From contig OX597823.1 of assembly GCA_951406725.2 (NCBI GenBank), positions 52,948,001-53,012,000 of the forward strand: 64,000 nucleotides of DNA. Direction: 5' to 3'. Made by a program: the position numbers and the translations under genes. Positions 52,351 to 64,000 of the stretch are shown piece after piece (position 1 is the stretch's first letter; each line of letters opens with the position of its first letter). Below the pieces are notes generated by a model. It was not told the origin of the DNA. It saw nothing but the letters and a program-made list of their open reading frames with translations, and ran no database searches. This DNA comes from Octopus vulgaris. Its lineage: Eukaryota.

Positions 52351-52989
52351 CTGTGAAAACGTAAGCACTGCCTCACGATCTGGTAGATATAGCAGACAAA
52401 TCTACTTCATATCACACCTTAACGTATTAAAGTAATTAGGGACAGATCGGAAATAGTCATAGCTATGCAAAATGACAGGAACATGTGTGATCATTGTTCC
52501 TATCGATCAGAGCTGGCTTCGGTTAAACAACAACTGATTTCGGAGCTGAAGCCTTTAGCATTTTTGTTCTGTATTAAAGTCTAAATAGTTTGTGGGTACA
52601 CATACAAATAGATACGAATACGCGTATGTAGGTATGTATGTATGCATGTATATACGTGTCTGTATAAGTGTATGAATATATGAATATACTGTGCTTGTAC
52701 CTTTATATACACACAAATATGTATATGTGCTTGTCCGGCCTTACATTTGTAACCTATATAAGCAGTAGCAACCCCAAGCAGTGATTGGGCATAAGCAAAC
52801 TTAACGTTTTGTGATATATTTCAACTTCTGAAGGCAAATTCACTGCATTTATCGAGGAGTAAAAATATTCTTCTGTATGGTAAAAATGCGTGAAAACGCT
52901 ATATCTACTCAGTTGTCCCTTTTCGGATTCCCAGACGCAGCGTTTCTAGCTCTTTAGCCATTATCAACAGGAAAAAACTGAAAAAAGTA

Positions 52990-53034
<45 letters not shown>

Positions 53035-53429
53035 CACACACACACACACATAATATATATATATATGTGTGTGTGTGTGTACATATATGTATGAGGAGAC
53101 GCTAGCCCATCAGCGTTACTCGGGCTCAAGTCATAAGCGCCACTCAGGCAGAGATTTCGCGTGCTTATTCGAAGAATTTCACGTTTTCTCTGCAATATTT
53201 CTAACCCCAAATGGCTTATCTTTTATATCTTGCACTATATCTTTCTCCGTTTCTATGTTAAGGGTAAAAATAAAGCAATCCTGCAAAACACAACTGATCT
53301 TTACACACAGACGTACAGAATAACAGCAATCAAATAACGACAGCGGAGTGCACAACATCAACGATCTGACTGTCGCCTGTACTCTTGACAAGAGATGCCA
53401 GTTTTTGCGCCTACAAGGCTCGTTTGCAT

Positions 53430-53975
53430 TAAAACTTAGATAAAACTTAGATATGTTTCGACCAAAGATTGGCCCAGGCCATGTCTAACTTAATAGCACC
53501 ACCTGATAGGATTATCTAAATCCTGTTTAAGTCAAGTTTTGTTTATGGTCCATTCAAGTAGTGAGTTTTTGTTGGGTGAGTTGTATCCAATTATGGGTGG
53601 CTTATCTGGTATTCCTTGAAGGAATCTATCCAGACTTCGTTTAAAGTTGATGGGATCCTTTTCCTCTTTGATCTCTTTCGGGACAATGTTAAATAGGGCA
53701 GGGCCTGTTGAAGAAAAGAAATTATGTTGCAGTGTACATGTATGCTGTGATCTTGAATTGGGCAGGGGACGTATGGCCCGTGGTCCCAGTCTTGGATGAA
53801 CCTTGAAGCTAATGTTCAGGTCGTTTGGGCAAAGTTGGCGGTATATTCTCCACATCGTACAAATGATGTACCGCTCACGGCGACGCTGGAGAGAGTAGAG
53901 TTTCAAGGCTTTAAGGCGGTCCCAATAATCGAGAGCCTTCAATTCGTTTAGTGATTCAATCCTCGAGATGTTTTG
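53430..53975 (-). mobile_element. 3' end of a CR1-group (CR1/L2/Crack-like) LINE
   Basis: LDYWDRLKALKLYSLQRRRERY..FFSSTGPALFNIVP..FKRSLDRFL (ORF 53532-54014), short 3' UTR with a stem-loop and a (tatctaagttt)x2 tail. Confidence 0.88.
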
Positions 53976-54489
53976 TCTTGTATGGGGAGAAGTATTCGAG
54001 GTGTGGCCGTACAAAGGAGACGTTGCTGGATAATTTTTCGTTCTCTTAAGAATATTGTAGAACGGAAACTTTTCATAGATTGAAATTTATTGTTTCAAGA
54101 AAACATTGAATTTGAATTACTTTTAATTTTTACGATTATAGATAACAACTCGGGCTTTAACTTCTGTGACCGAGTCAGGCGCGTGTGAACGATATCGAGA
54201 GAACGTCTGCTACAAACGATATTTTTTGACACAGGGCAACTTTAAGACGACCGCCGAACGAAAATAAATGAACTGCGACCAGGGTCAATAAAATGAGACC
54301 TAGTTATTGGCTGCAATACATACTTGAAGTCAGTGTTGGCAGAAATTAAAATTAAATTTATACTCGAGCTAAGCCCGGAACAGCCAGAGTGCCGGTGACG
54401 CCACTGTTATATATATATATATATAATAATAAATATTAGGGAATGAATCCAAAATTACAGGGAAAAAATCAGATTTAGGGTTACACACA

Positions 54490-54855
<366 letters not shown>

Positions 54856-55064
54856 TGTGTGTCTGTGTGTAAACGTAAACAAACGAACTTTGCTTTAGAA
54901 GCGTTGAGATGTCTTAGAAAGTTAAAGAAGTTATTTTAAGTTTTCAAACGCATGATAATGCTAATAATATAACCTGAACAGGATAAGCTACCCCTATTTT
55001 GTAGAAAAAAGTGTTGGCGGCCGGCTATGAGACACGAACACACACCTCCGTGATTACACGCCTC

Positions 55065-55098
<34 letters not shown>

Positions 55099-55209
55099 TA
55101 GTGGATACCGTGTTCGCCTTGTTCTCCTCATCTTTATGAACTTTATATATATATGTACATATATATTTAATACACCCCCACACATATATATCTAGGCTTA
55201 CATATTTCA

Positions 55210-55262
<53 letters not shown>

Positions 55263-56006
55263 TTATGTGTGTGTGTATATATATGTATATATGCAAGAAT
55301 CATACATATAATTTATATACGTATGTATACATCCATGTATGCGTATATATGTTTTTGTATAACTACACGAATATATTTATACATATTAATATTTATACAT
55401 TCACACATACATACACATACACGTACATGCACATGCACGCACATGCACATACACGCGCACCAAATATTATTGTATCCTATCGTAGATATATAGGTAAAAC
55501 AAACGGTGTTATTGTTCAATAGCGAACACAGAAAGCATAAAGAAACACTCGGACCATTCTTCACCACCACCACCACCGCCACCACCATTCCCACTCCCCT
55601 ACAGTCACGAGTAAAAATCGAAACACAAGCCACATAGAAAACACACATACACACACACACACACAAAACGACACTCACATTTCGATCTTAATGGAAGCAT
55701 AAAAGACTACAAAGAAACAATGTAGAACATGTCACCAGTTTGTCAACAAAACATAAAGAGACTCCTTATTAAAAGTAGTTGTATGCTAAAGAATCTTTAT
55801 GTAAGTGCGTTGACATAATATTTCGATCAATTACTAAGCCATGTTTTCTATGTATTTTCTTTTACCATAAAGACAAAGAAAGCAAACAAACAGCGCCTGT
55901 TCAAATAGACCTTTTAGCTGACAGTAAGAAACAAAACTGATTTTATTGTTCTACCGTCAGCAATTTCAATTTATTTATCTAGTTAGACGTTATATTTTTT
56001 TATTTG

Positions 56007-56067
<61 letters not shown>

Positions 56068-56712
56068 GTTATTATCATTATTATTATATTTTTTATTATT
56101 ATTATTATTATTATTTATGTATTTTCATTTCATGAGCGATGTGTGGAGGGGAAGGGAAGTTACCGTACTTGGGCACGGAGAGTAAAATACCAATTGAAAG
56201 ATTGCATTTGGTGGGAGTGATAGCTGCTGCTGCTGTTGTTGTTGTTATTGTTGTTGTGGTGGTTGTTGCCACACTGTTCGGCCTTGTTGAAATGTGTTCT
56301 AGCCGTGACCATTCCGTCTTCTTTCATATATATTAGACTCTACACTGAGCAATGATTCTTCCTTTATCTCGCATTCAAATGGTAGGGAGTGCATGTCGAG
56401 GGAGAATTTGTTGCTATTTCTTGCTAATCAGTTGATTTCATGCAGATGTTCTTGTTAGTTGACATTCGACCGAGGTTGCTATTGTTGTTGTTTTTCTCCG
56501 TGTTACAATGAGTGATTAAGTTTGACCTGCAGTTAAAATCATTTCGCTCTGTGTGCGTGTGTGTGTGTGTGTGTATGCGTGTGTGTATGCGTGTGCGTGT
56601 CAGCCTGTGTGTCTGTGTCAGTTTGTGCCCAGTATGGCTCTCTTTTTCTCTCTCTCACTCTCTATCTAGCGATTAATCTATATCTATTTAGCCATCAATC
56701 TATCTATTTAGA

Positions 56713-56915
56713 TAAAGGAAAATTTACGAAAATAACCAAAAGACGAAGGCAGGTGGTGTACAAACAAACAGATGTATTAGTATAGCGCTCAGAAATAGAA
56801 AAAGTCTTTTACGTTTCGAGCCTACGCTCTTCTACAGAAAGGTACACAGAAAAAACAAGGAGAGAAACAAAGAGAGAAAAAATGTGTGTAGTAGCTAACG
56901 ATCTATTATGGCGTC
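56713..56915 (-). mobile_element. Short element with a hammerhead-like motif next to (GATA)n
   Basis: Minus strand CTTT-CTGTAGA-A-GAG-cgtagg-CTC-GAAA-CGTA-AAAG (56841-56806); 3' end abuts tatcta; (GATA)n at 56916-57004. Confidence 0.78.
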
Positions 56916-57004
<89 letters not shown>

Positions 57005-57264
57005 GTCATAAGAATTTAGAAACACCAAGGAGGTAAAATAATACATTTGTTTTAGTGAATAGGGAACCTATAAGGGATAGCTTACAAATATTGGTTTATA
57101 AACCTAGTGCATAGAAAAAATCGAAGGCTCTTTACTGGAGGTCTGGGTTTGTGTTTCGGAGACAGTATTCTACTTTCCTATCCAAGACTCTTTAACTCAG
57201 TAGTTACACGCAATTATTTATAGCATTTTTGCTTCGATATTCACCATTCTTATATATAAGTATG

Positions 57265-57330
<66 letters not shown>

Positions 57331-57332
<2 letters not shown>

Positions 57333-57863
57333 CGAGCAAAGCGCCCCCCCCCCCGTCCAATGGACGGTGCTGAATCATATCTGCTGAATATAAAGCAATC
57401 AGTGTTTTCTTTTCATTAAAAAAATAATTAAGCAGGCCTTTATTTCAATAAAATTTTGGGATTTGTTTAACGAAGTTAAGGCAAAAACAAAAAAGCTTCT
57501 TGAGAAACCAAATAGTCTTTCTTTCCTTCAAGCCAAGTTTGAAGAAAATATCTCTTTTGCATCTTACTTTTTTGGTCACTTAGATATTCTGCATTTTGTG
57601 GCATTATTTCAAGCCAGCCGGCTTTTTTGCGCTAACTGCACGGGCACTTTTCTCGCGTAAGCGTTGTATCGATCGCAACAGCTGATGTACTTGCGCATAT
57701 AAATGCACGTTCCCACGGCTTTATCGATCATATTCTCATGTAATTTTTGCAAGACTTATACACGCTCTGATACCGTCGGTATCTACATATCAAATTTGAG
57801 CGCAATCGGATGGAGGATGCTCGAGATCCTAGAAGACACACAGACAGACAGAACGGATTTTAT

Positions 57864-57870
<7 letters not shown>
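57331..57870 (-). mobile_element. Degenerate Helitron-like element between (TA)n tracts
   Basis: Hairpin ccgtcc-aat-ggacgg near the minus-strand 3' end (CTAG degenerate); 5' end tataaaatccgttctgtctgtctgtgtg resembles that of the 26603-28363 element. Confidence 0.5.
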
Positions 57871-57908
<38 letters not shown>

Positions 57909-59373
57909 TTCGTGATTTTTTCGTTTTTGTAATTGGTCTGCAAGATTCGTGATGTGAATTCGTGTGTTGAAACAAATCACACGCAATCGCGTGACTTATT
58001 GTTATTAGTGCAATAACCCTCTTAAGACACAATAGGCTTTCATGATTTTACCATTATTATAACTGCTTATAACTCAAAACGTGAATTTTATTTTACTTGA
58101 GCAGAGCTGTTGCACATCAGTATATAGATTTTATGCTATCGGTATATACTTCACATACATATAGATTTTACGTTATTTGTATATAATTCAGATATATGCA
58201 GATTTTTTGCTATGTATATACCTCGAATTCGTTTCCTGGCTGAATCAAGAATATGGTACCGATGAGCGAAAATAACTGCAAAATATCGATATATTTCGTT
58301 CTCGTTAACCACCGAACCGATTCGTTTTACCTGGCTTTGAACACTCTACGTCTTTAAAGGAACTTTCCAGGGACGAAATACCTCAGCCTGAAAGCGTTTT
58401 ACAACAAATCTACATTTCTTATATGACGTTGATAATATTTCGTGATTAGTATGAATTAGGGTCTGCAGTTTATATTTGGCCTGAGCCTATTACTAGCTAT
58501 GCATGAGTATACTTACAACCATTTGGATTTAACTCTGAAGAGTTCATTGCTTTAGGGATAGACATTATGCATGTGCCGACATGATACGAACCTTCAAACT
58601 TTCGACCGGTAGTTATATAAATGAGAAAACAAATAAATTTCTTACTTGGAGGAGAGATAAATCTGACACTAGAATTAAATTTACGGACTTGTATTTCTTA
58701 TAACCGTCAACTACAGAAAGTATGATAGGTTTTTATATTGATTGGTACATACTTAGTGAAAATATAGTCTTTCTTTTTACAATTCCTTAGAGAATAACTT
58801 TCTTTAAAATAGTTGCTGTAGTCGTCGTCGTTGTTGTTATTGTTGTTGTTGTGTAACCCATATCGTCTCTGCTCAAGCATACTTATGATATGGATGTAAC
58901 CAATCAAATCCTGCCCTAAAATTGGTTTCTTACATTGGGACGAGGCTTCAAATTTATATGAGTTGCGAAATGAGTGTTGGCGACATTAATAACTTTTTCA
59001 ATATTATTTATTACCTAAGTGAAATGATACAGTTATAACTCAGAATTGAAATCAATTTATGGACTCGTCTATCGTGGAGTTTATTTCTAGCCTTACAGTT
59101 CTCGATTGTATTAGCCCTAACATTAATAACTACTTAACGTAATGGCAAACCGATTCGTTATCTGTAACACAGGGAGTTACCCGTGACTTGTAGCAGTGTC
59201 CTATCCCATTCAGCACGTACGTTTACTTATTAGTGATTATGTTGTTTGTATTCAGTGGTCACGTTGTTGAGTACTATCAAACATAAATGAAAGAGAAGGA
59301 GTAAAAAAAAACCAAAAACCTTCTCTTCCAAATTTTCTTTTCACAGTTTCTAACTTCTTTTGAGAATTGTTCA

Positions 59374-59539
59374 GAGGCGTGGATATGTGATAAGAACCTT
59401 GCTTCCCAACCACATGGTTCCGAGTTCAGTCCCACTGCCTAACACCTTTAGCAAGTGTCTGTTACTATAGCCTCGGGGGGCCGACCAAAGTCTTGGGACT
59501 GGATTTGTTAGACGGAAACTGAAGGAGGCCCGTCGTATA

Positions 59540-59633
<94 letters not shown>

Positions 59634-59939
59634 ATATGTATATATATATATATATAACATAAGGGACTAAAGCCATCTGAATATGCTAGGGACAGATCAC
59701 CATGTAGTGGGGGTGTTACTGTTGCATTTAGCCCCAGGCGAACATCGACGTCACCAGAAAGGCTCGACACCGTCACGGTGCCCTCGAGCCTTTCTGGTGA
59801 CGTCGATGTTCGCCTGGGGCTAAATGCAACAGTAACACCCCCACCACCCTGCCCTGTCCCTAGCCATATTCAGATGGCTTTAGTCCCTTATGTTATCGAG
59901 CAGTTACTGTCTATATCCCTTTTAGAGAATTATTATTGC

Positions 59940-59995
<56 letters not shown>

Positions 59996-60007
59996 TGTAT
60001 GTATGTA

Positions 60008-60043
<36 letters not shown>

Positions 60044-60320
60044 TGTATGTATGTATGTATGTAGGCATGTGTATATTTATGAGTGTGTGTCTTTGCGTCT
60101 GTGATTGTCCTCTCATCTTCGCTTGAAAACCGATGTAGGTGTGATGGTGTGATTGTACCCTGTAATTTAGCGCTTCGGCAAAAGAAATCGATAGAATAAG
60201 TACTAGGCTTACAAAGAATACGTCCTAGAGTCAAATTATTCGATTGAAACCCATTCCGATGGTGCTCCAGCATGGTTGCAGTCAAATGACTGTAGCGTGT
60301 AAAAGAATAAAAGACTAAAA
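59374..60320 (+). mobile_element. SINE family A with a palindrome inserted in its internal microsatellite
   Basis: Head at 59374-59536, 3' half at ~60085-60320. Confidence 0.85.
59654..59896. repeat. 243-bp palindrome with a perfect 61-bp inner stem
   Basis: 59707-59767 is the exact reverse complement of 59784-59844; 16-nt loop; outer ~42-bp arms with one indel. Confidence 0.95.
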
Positions 60321-60463
60321 GAATGTTAAAAGTCCGATGTCTGGTGTTCTTCAGATTAAATTTCTCCAATTTGGTTAATATTTTCTTGGTTTCTTGGTAT
60401 CCCTCTACTGTAATGATTTTTGAAACGGTGCAACAGGATACGCTAATAGAGTGAGAGTCTTAC

Positions 60464-60525
<62 letters not shown>

Positions 60526-60528
<3 letters not shown>

Positions 60529-60650
60529 TCCCGGGTTGAGTCGGGGTTAACCACAGTAAATAAGGTACTCAATACATAGCAGAGTAAATTAATTTATTTT
60601 ATACAAGGAGCTTCTACAGGACTAGAACTGTTTCATTCAAATGAAATCAT
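60526..60650 (-). mobile_element. 5'-truncated short element in (TA)n retaining the 3' half of a hammerhead-like fold
   Basis: Minus strand ga-tttcatttgaat-GAAACAG-ttctagtc-CTGTA-gaagct; the CTGA strand is lost at the truncation point. Confidence 0.4.
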
Positions 60651-61065
60651 ATATATATATATATATGCACTCACACAAACACACACACATACACACACAT
60701 ATTTAACATGCGTCTCATATGACGTGTATATGAATACGTATGTATGTATATATGGATGTATGCATATATATACATACATACATACATACATATTAACGTA
60801 TAATTCGTTGCTATTATTCAAAAGTATCGTAAGTCCAAAACGTTGCATTTTCAAAAAACGAAAAAAGTTTTACTAGTCCATAGCAAAACTGTTGTACTAC
60901 ACTTTGACAATTTTTGATATCTTGGCCTCTGAAGCAGCTGGAGATACGATAGTTTAACCGGTTATTGCAAGCAAAAATAAGTATTGGAAAAAGGTATTTG
61001 GCCTAATTTGGATATACGACAGTTTAACATAGGAGCAACGATATGTATATATGTATATATACGTG

Positions 61066-61130
<65 letters not shown>

Positions 61131-61185
61131 GTATAAATAGTATGTATGTATAAATACACACGCACGTGTATAGATAGATAGATAA

Positions 61186-61225
<40 letters not shown>

Positions 61226-62615
61226 TCCCTCGTGAAAACAGTTCTAATATTCGACCTCTATGTATATAGTAATTTTTCTTTAGTACTTTCAGTTAACTAT
61301 GAAATAAAACTCTACGGTGGATATAACCGGTAGATACAAACATATGAAACTAAATATTCTTATAATGTTGATATTTATTTACTGTACACTAGCTAAGCGA
61401 CATATACTAGGGACATAAATGAAAACGATTGTAGGAAAGAAATGACATCGTTTAAGTTGAAAATCTCTCCTAAAAACATGCAGACAAGATTATAACCACA
61501 AATAGCAAGTGATGATAAATTTCGTTCATCTTATACCAATACTCAAAAAATATGTAAACGAAATTGAACAGCAGGATATTTGAAATAATGCGGCATTTAA
61601 TTTCGCATTTATGATCAGTAATTATTTAGATTGGATGTTTTTATAAATATTTTCTGTAGACAAACGACATAATTTGAAGTTTTAAATGGCAAAAACCGAG
61701 TGGTATCACTAATTGCTTCAATTTAGTGTTGCTCATCGAGTCAGAACTTAAATCTTTGTTTACCAAATATTCTCCTGTAAATTTACCCTAAACGGGTGCG
61801 CCTTAAATCTCCTGTTGAAATGAGCATATTCGCAAACACATCAAAATATGATTGTCAACAGTGTCGCAAGTTTTGATTGGTTCACACACAAAAAAAAAAA
61901 TATTCTTCACAAAATGCGTCACATGTTCAAGCACATGCAGCATTTTTTTATTTTGACCTGCGGTATATGTGAGTAGCAGAATTCAATTTTTTTTAATGAA
62001 ATTTCAACGTCGATGTTTTGGAGTTATAAAAGAAGTTTCAACTTCTAACGAAATAAAAAGACGTTCATCAATCTATATATTGCTTCTCAATTTGTCAAGC
62101 ATTATCAACAAGAAAAGTTACAATCGATGAAAATGGAATGACGACATCTTTTCTGCTATCTCGTTTGAGAATTTCCGTCACAATTAAACGGAAAATATGC
62201 CCCCTCCCCAAGAGCGATCTAGAAAGCCTTTCTGGAGACACTCGATCTGCTAGAAACAGCAGTTAGATATTTCAGCTAAACCTCAAGAGTCTTAAAAACG
62301 GGAAGGACACACTGGATAATGCTCTCTTAAATAGTTCTGGCTACACAAAAACAAGCATAGACTAATATATGTTCGTTTATCTTAAAGTGAAATGAAAATT
62401 AATTTTGCTATTTCAGATGGGTTCTTGCTTCGAGGAAGTATTGTGAAATGTGAAGCCCACAGTGTAAAATGTGAAATATTTATCATATAATGTGAAGCAT
62501 GACGTATCGTTAAATATGAAGTACATATCTTAAATTATGAATATAACATGAAGATATGTGTTGTAAAAGGAAAGAAAAATACGAAGTGAAATATATATCG
62601 TGGAATAGGTGTGTG

Positions 62616-62750
<135 letters not shown>

Positions 62751-63389
62751 TGAAATGTGAAATATATATCGTGAAATATGAATATATATATAACGTGAAA
62801 TGTGAAGTCGATCGTCTGATACATCTAATCTATCTCTCTCATTCGCACCAGCACTATGCTTTGGGAAAGATTCTACAACCAGTTTGATTTGCATCCAAAG
62901 CAGTGTTATTTTATTTCTTGTGGTGCGCTGTTGTTTTTATTATTTTAGTTTAGCAGATAATGGGATTCGATCACGCAGATAACTCACTATCAAATGGAAT
63001 ATTTTAAAAGAATTAATGTCGGAATACGTAACAGATAAATCTCTAGAAATTGATGAAGCGTAACTGTACAGTATGGCCGTTCTATAATTTGAAGATAAAT
63101 TAGTTTATTTTGGCATCATCAATATAGAAAATTCTATAGAAATTCCCGAACCAACAAGTAAGAGTCTACGTGGTCTCTCTAACTGCTAAAAATAGCTGCC
63201 AGCTTTTCTTTAAACTGTACTCAACTAGCTTAAAAGAAGATATATTGAATAATGTAGCTTTCTTGTGGTAGTTGGGTGCTGTGAGATTTGGAAAATGTTG
63301 TGGAATTAAGAAGATTGTAAAAAATTTTTAATTTGTCGAACATTATAACGAAGAGAGCTGCATATGTTTGTCATTAATACATTTCAAAT

Positions 63390-63618
63390 CTTTTATCGTT
63401 TACTTGTTTCTATCATTAGGCTACGATCATGCTGGGGCATCGCTTTGAAGAATTTTGGTCGAACGAATCGACCCAGGTACTTATTAATTTTTTTAAAAAC
63501 CTGATCCTTATTCTATCTGTGTTTTTTGCTGAATCGGTAGGTTACGGGGGATGTAAGCACACCAACGGCGGTTGTCACGCCGTGGTGGGCAAGACACACA
63601 CACGCACACACAGACACA

Positions 63619-63660
<42 letters not shown>
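63390..63660 (-). mobile_element. 3' half of an old SINE A
   Basis: ttacttgtttc...catgctggggcatcgc...gtaagcacaccaacggcggttgtca. Confidence 0.7.
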
Positions 63661-63661
<1 letters not shown>

Positions 63662-63939
63662 TATATAACTATAAACAAACTAAAGTTTGTTTTTCTATAA
63701 GCGTCGAAATGCGTATTGTAAGATACAAATAAGATGATGATATATTGTCGAACGCAGAGACGCCGTTAGAACAGCAGAAATATTAGGTAATTTACCCTTA
63801 CAAAGCGGAAAAATTGGGTCCATTGCTGGTTGGTTGTTGACAAATTTTTCCGTTTTGTAAGGGATATTTACCCAATATTTCTTCTGATCTAACGTTTTCT
63901 CTGCATTCAAATATAAATTATCATTTTATTTGTATCTGA

Positions 63940-63976
<37 letters not shown>

Positions 63977-64000
63977 TCTTCTAAGTGTTTTGCATTCTTG

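Noticed and set aside
54470-54482. Telomere-like ttaggg
   Set aside because: Single unit within a short repeat remnant.
61780-61980. Putative conserved enhancers in repeat-poor islands (also ~15690-15810, 19790-19870, 41390-41540, 55860-55950)
   Set aside because: Cannot be supported without cross-species alignment or chromatin data.

Overview
AT-rich, microsatellite-saturated eukaryotic DNA, most likely intronic or intergenic sequence from an octopus (inferred from the recognisable tRNA-derived SINE families and the (TA)n/(CA)n/(TTA)n/(GATA)n load; not confirmed by a search). No intact protein-coding gene is supported, and almost all listed ORFs are microsatellite or SINE artefacts. The window is a nested archive of mobile elements. 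It holds several modular SINE families (labelled A-E here), a Penelope-like element (PLE) relic, RTE, CR1-group and R4/Dong-type (RLE) LINE fragments, mariner, hAT and pogo-like DNA transposon relics, and Helitron-like elements. The most notable signals are: (1) a set of short elements, mostly in microsatellites, carrying type I hammerhead ribozyme motifs - one canonical 43-nt ribozyme and a sister copy, versions with elongated helix II, and a CUG-U-N-GA core variant that inserts at TATC; (2) a SINE that repeatedly joins its tail to the same internal position of other copies of itself; (3) a 243-bp near-perfect palindrome; (4) a probable decayed class A GPCR pseudogene; (5) a speculative 15-nt microexon plus terminal exon. 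Coordinates were read by eye, and boundaries of old elements are approximate.
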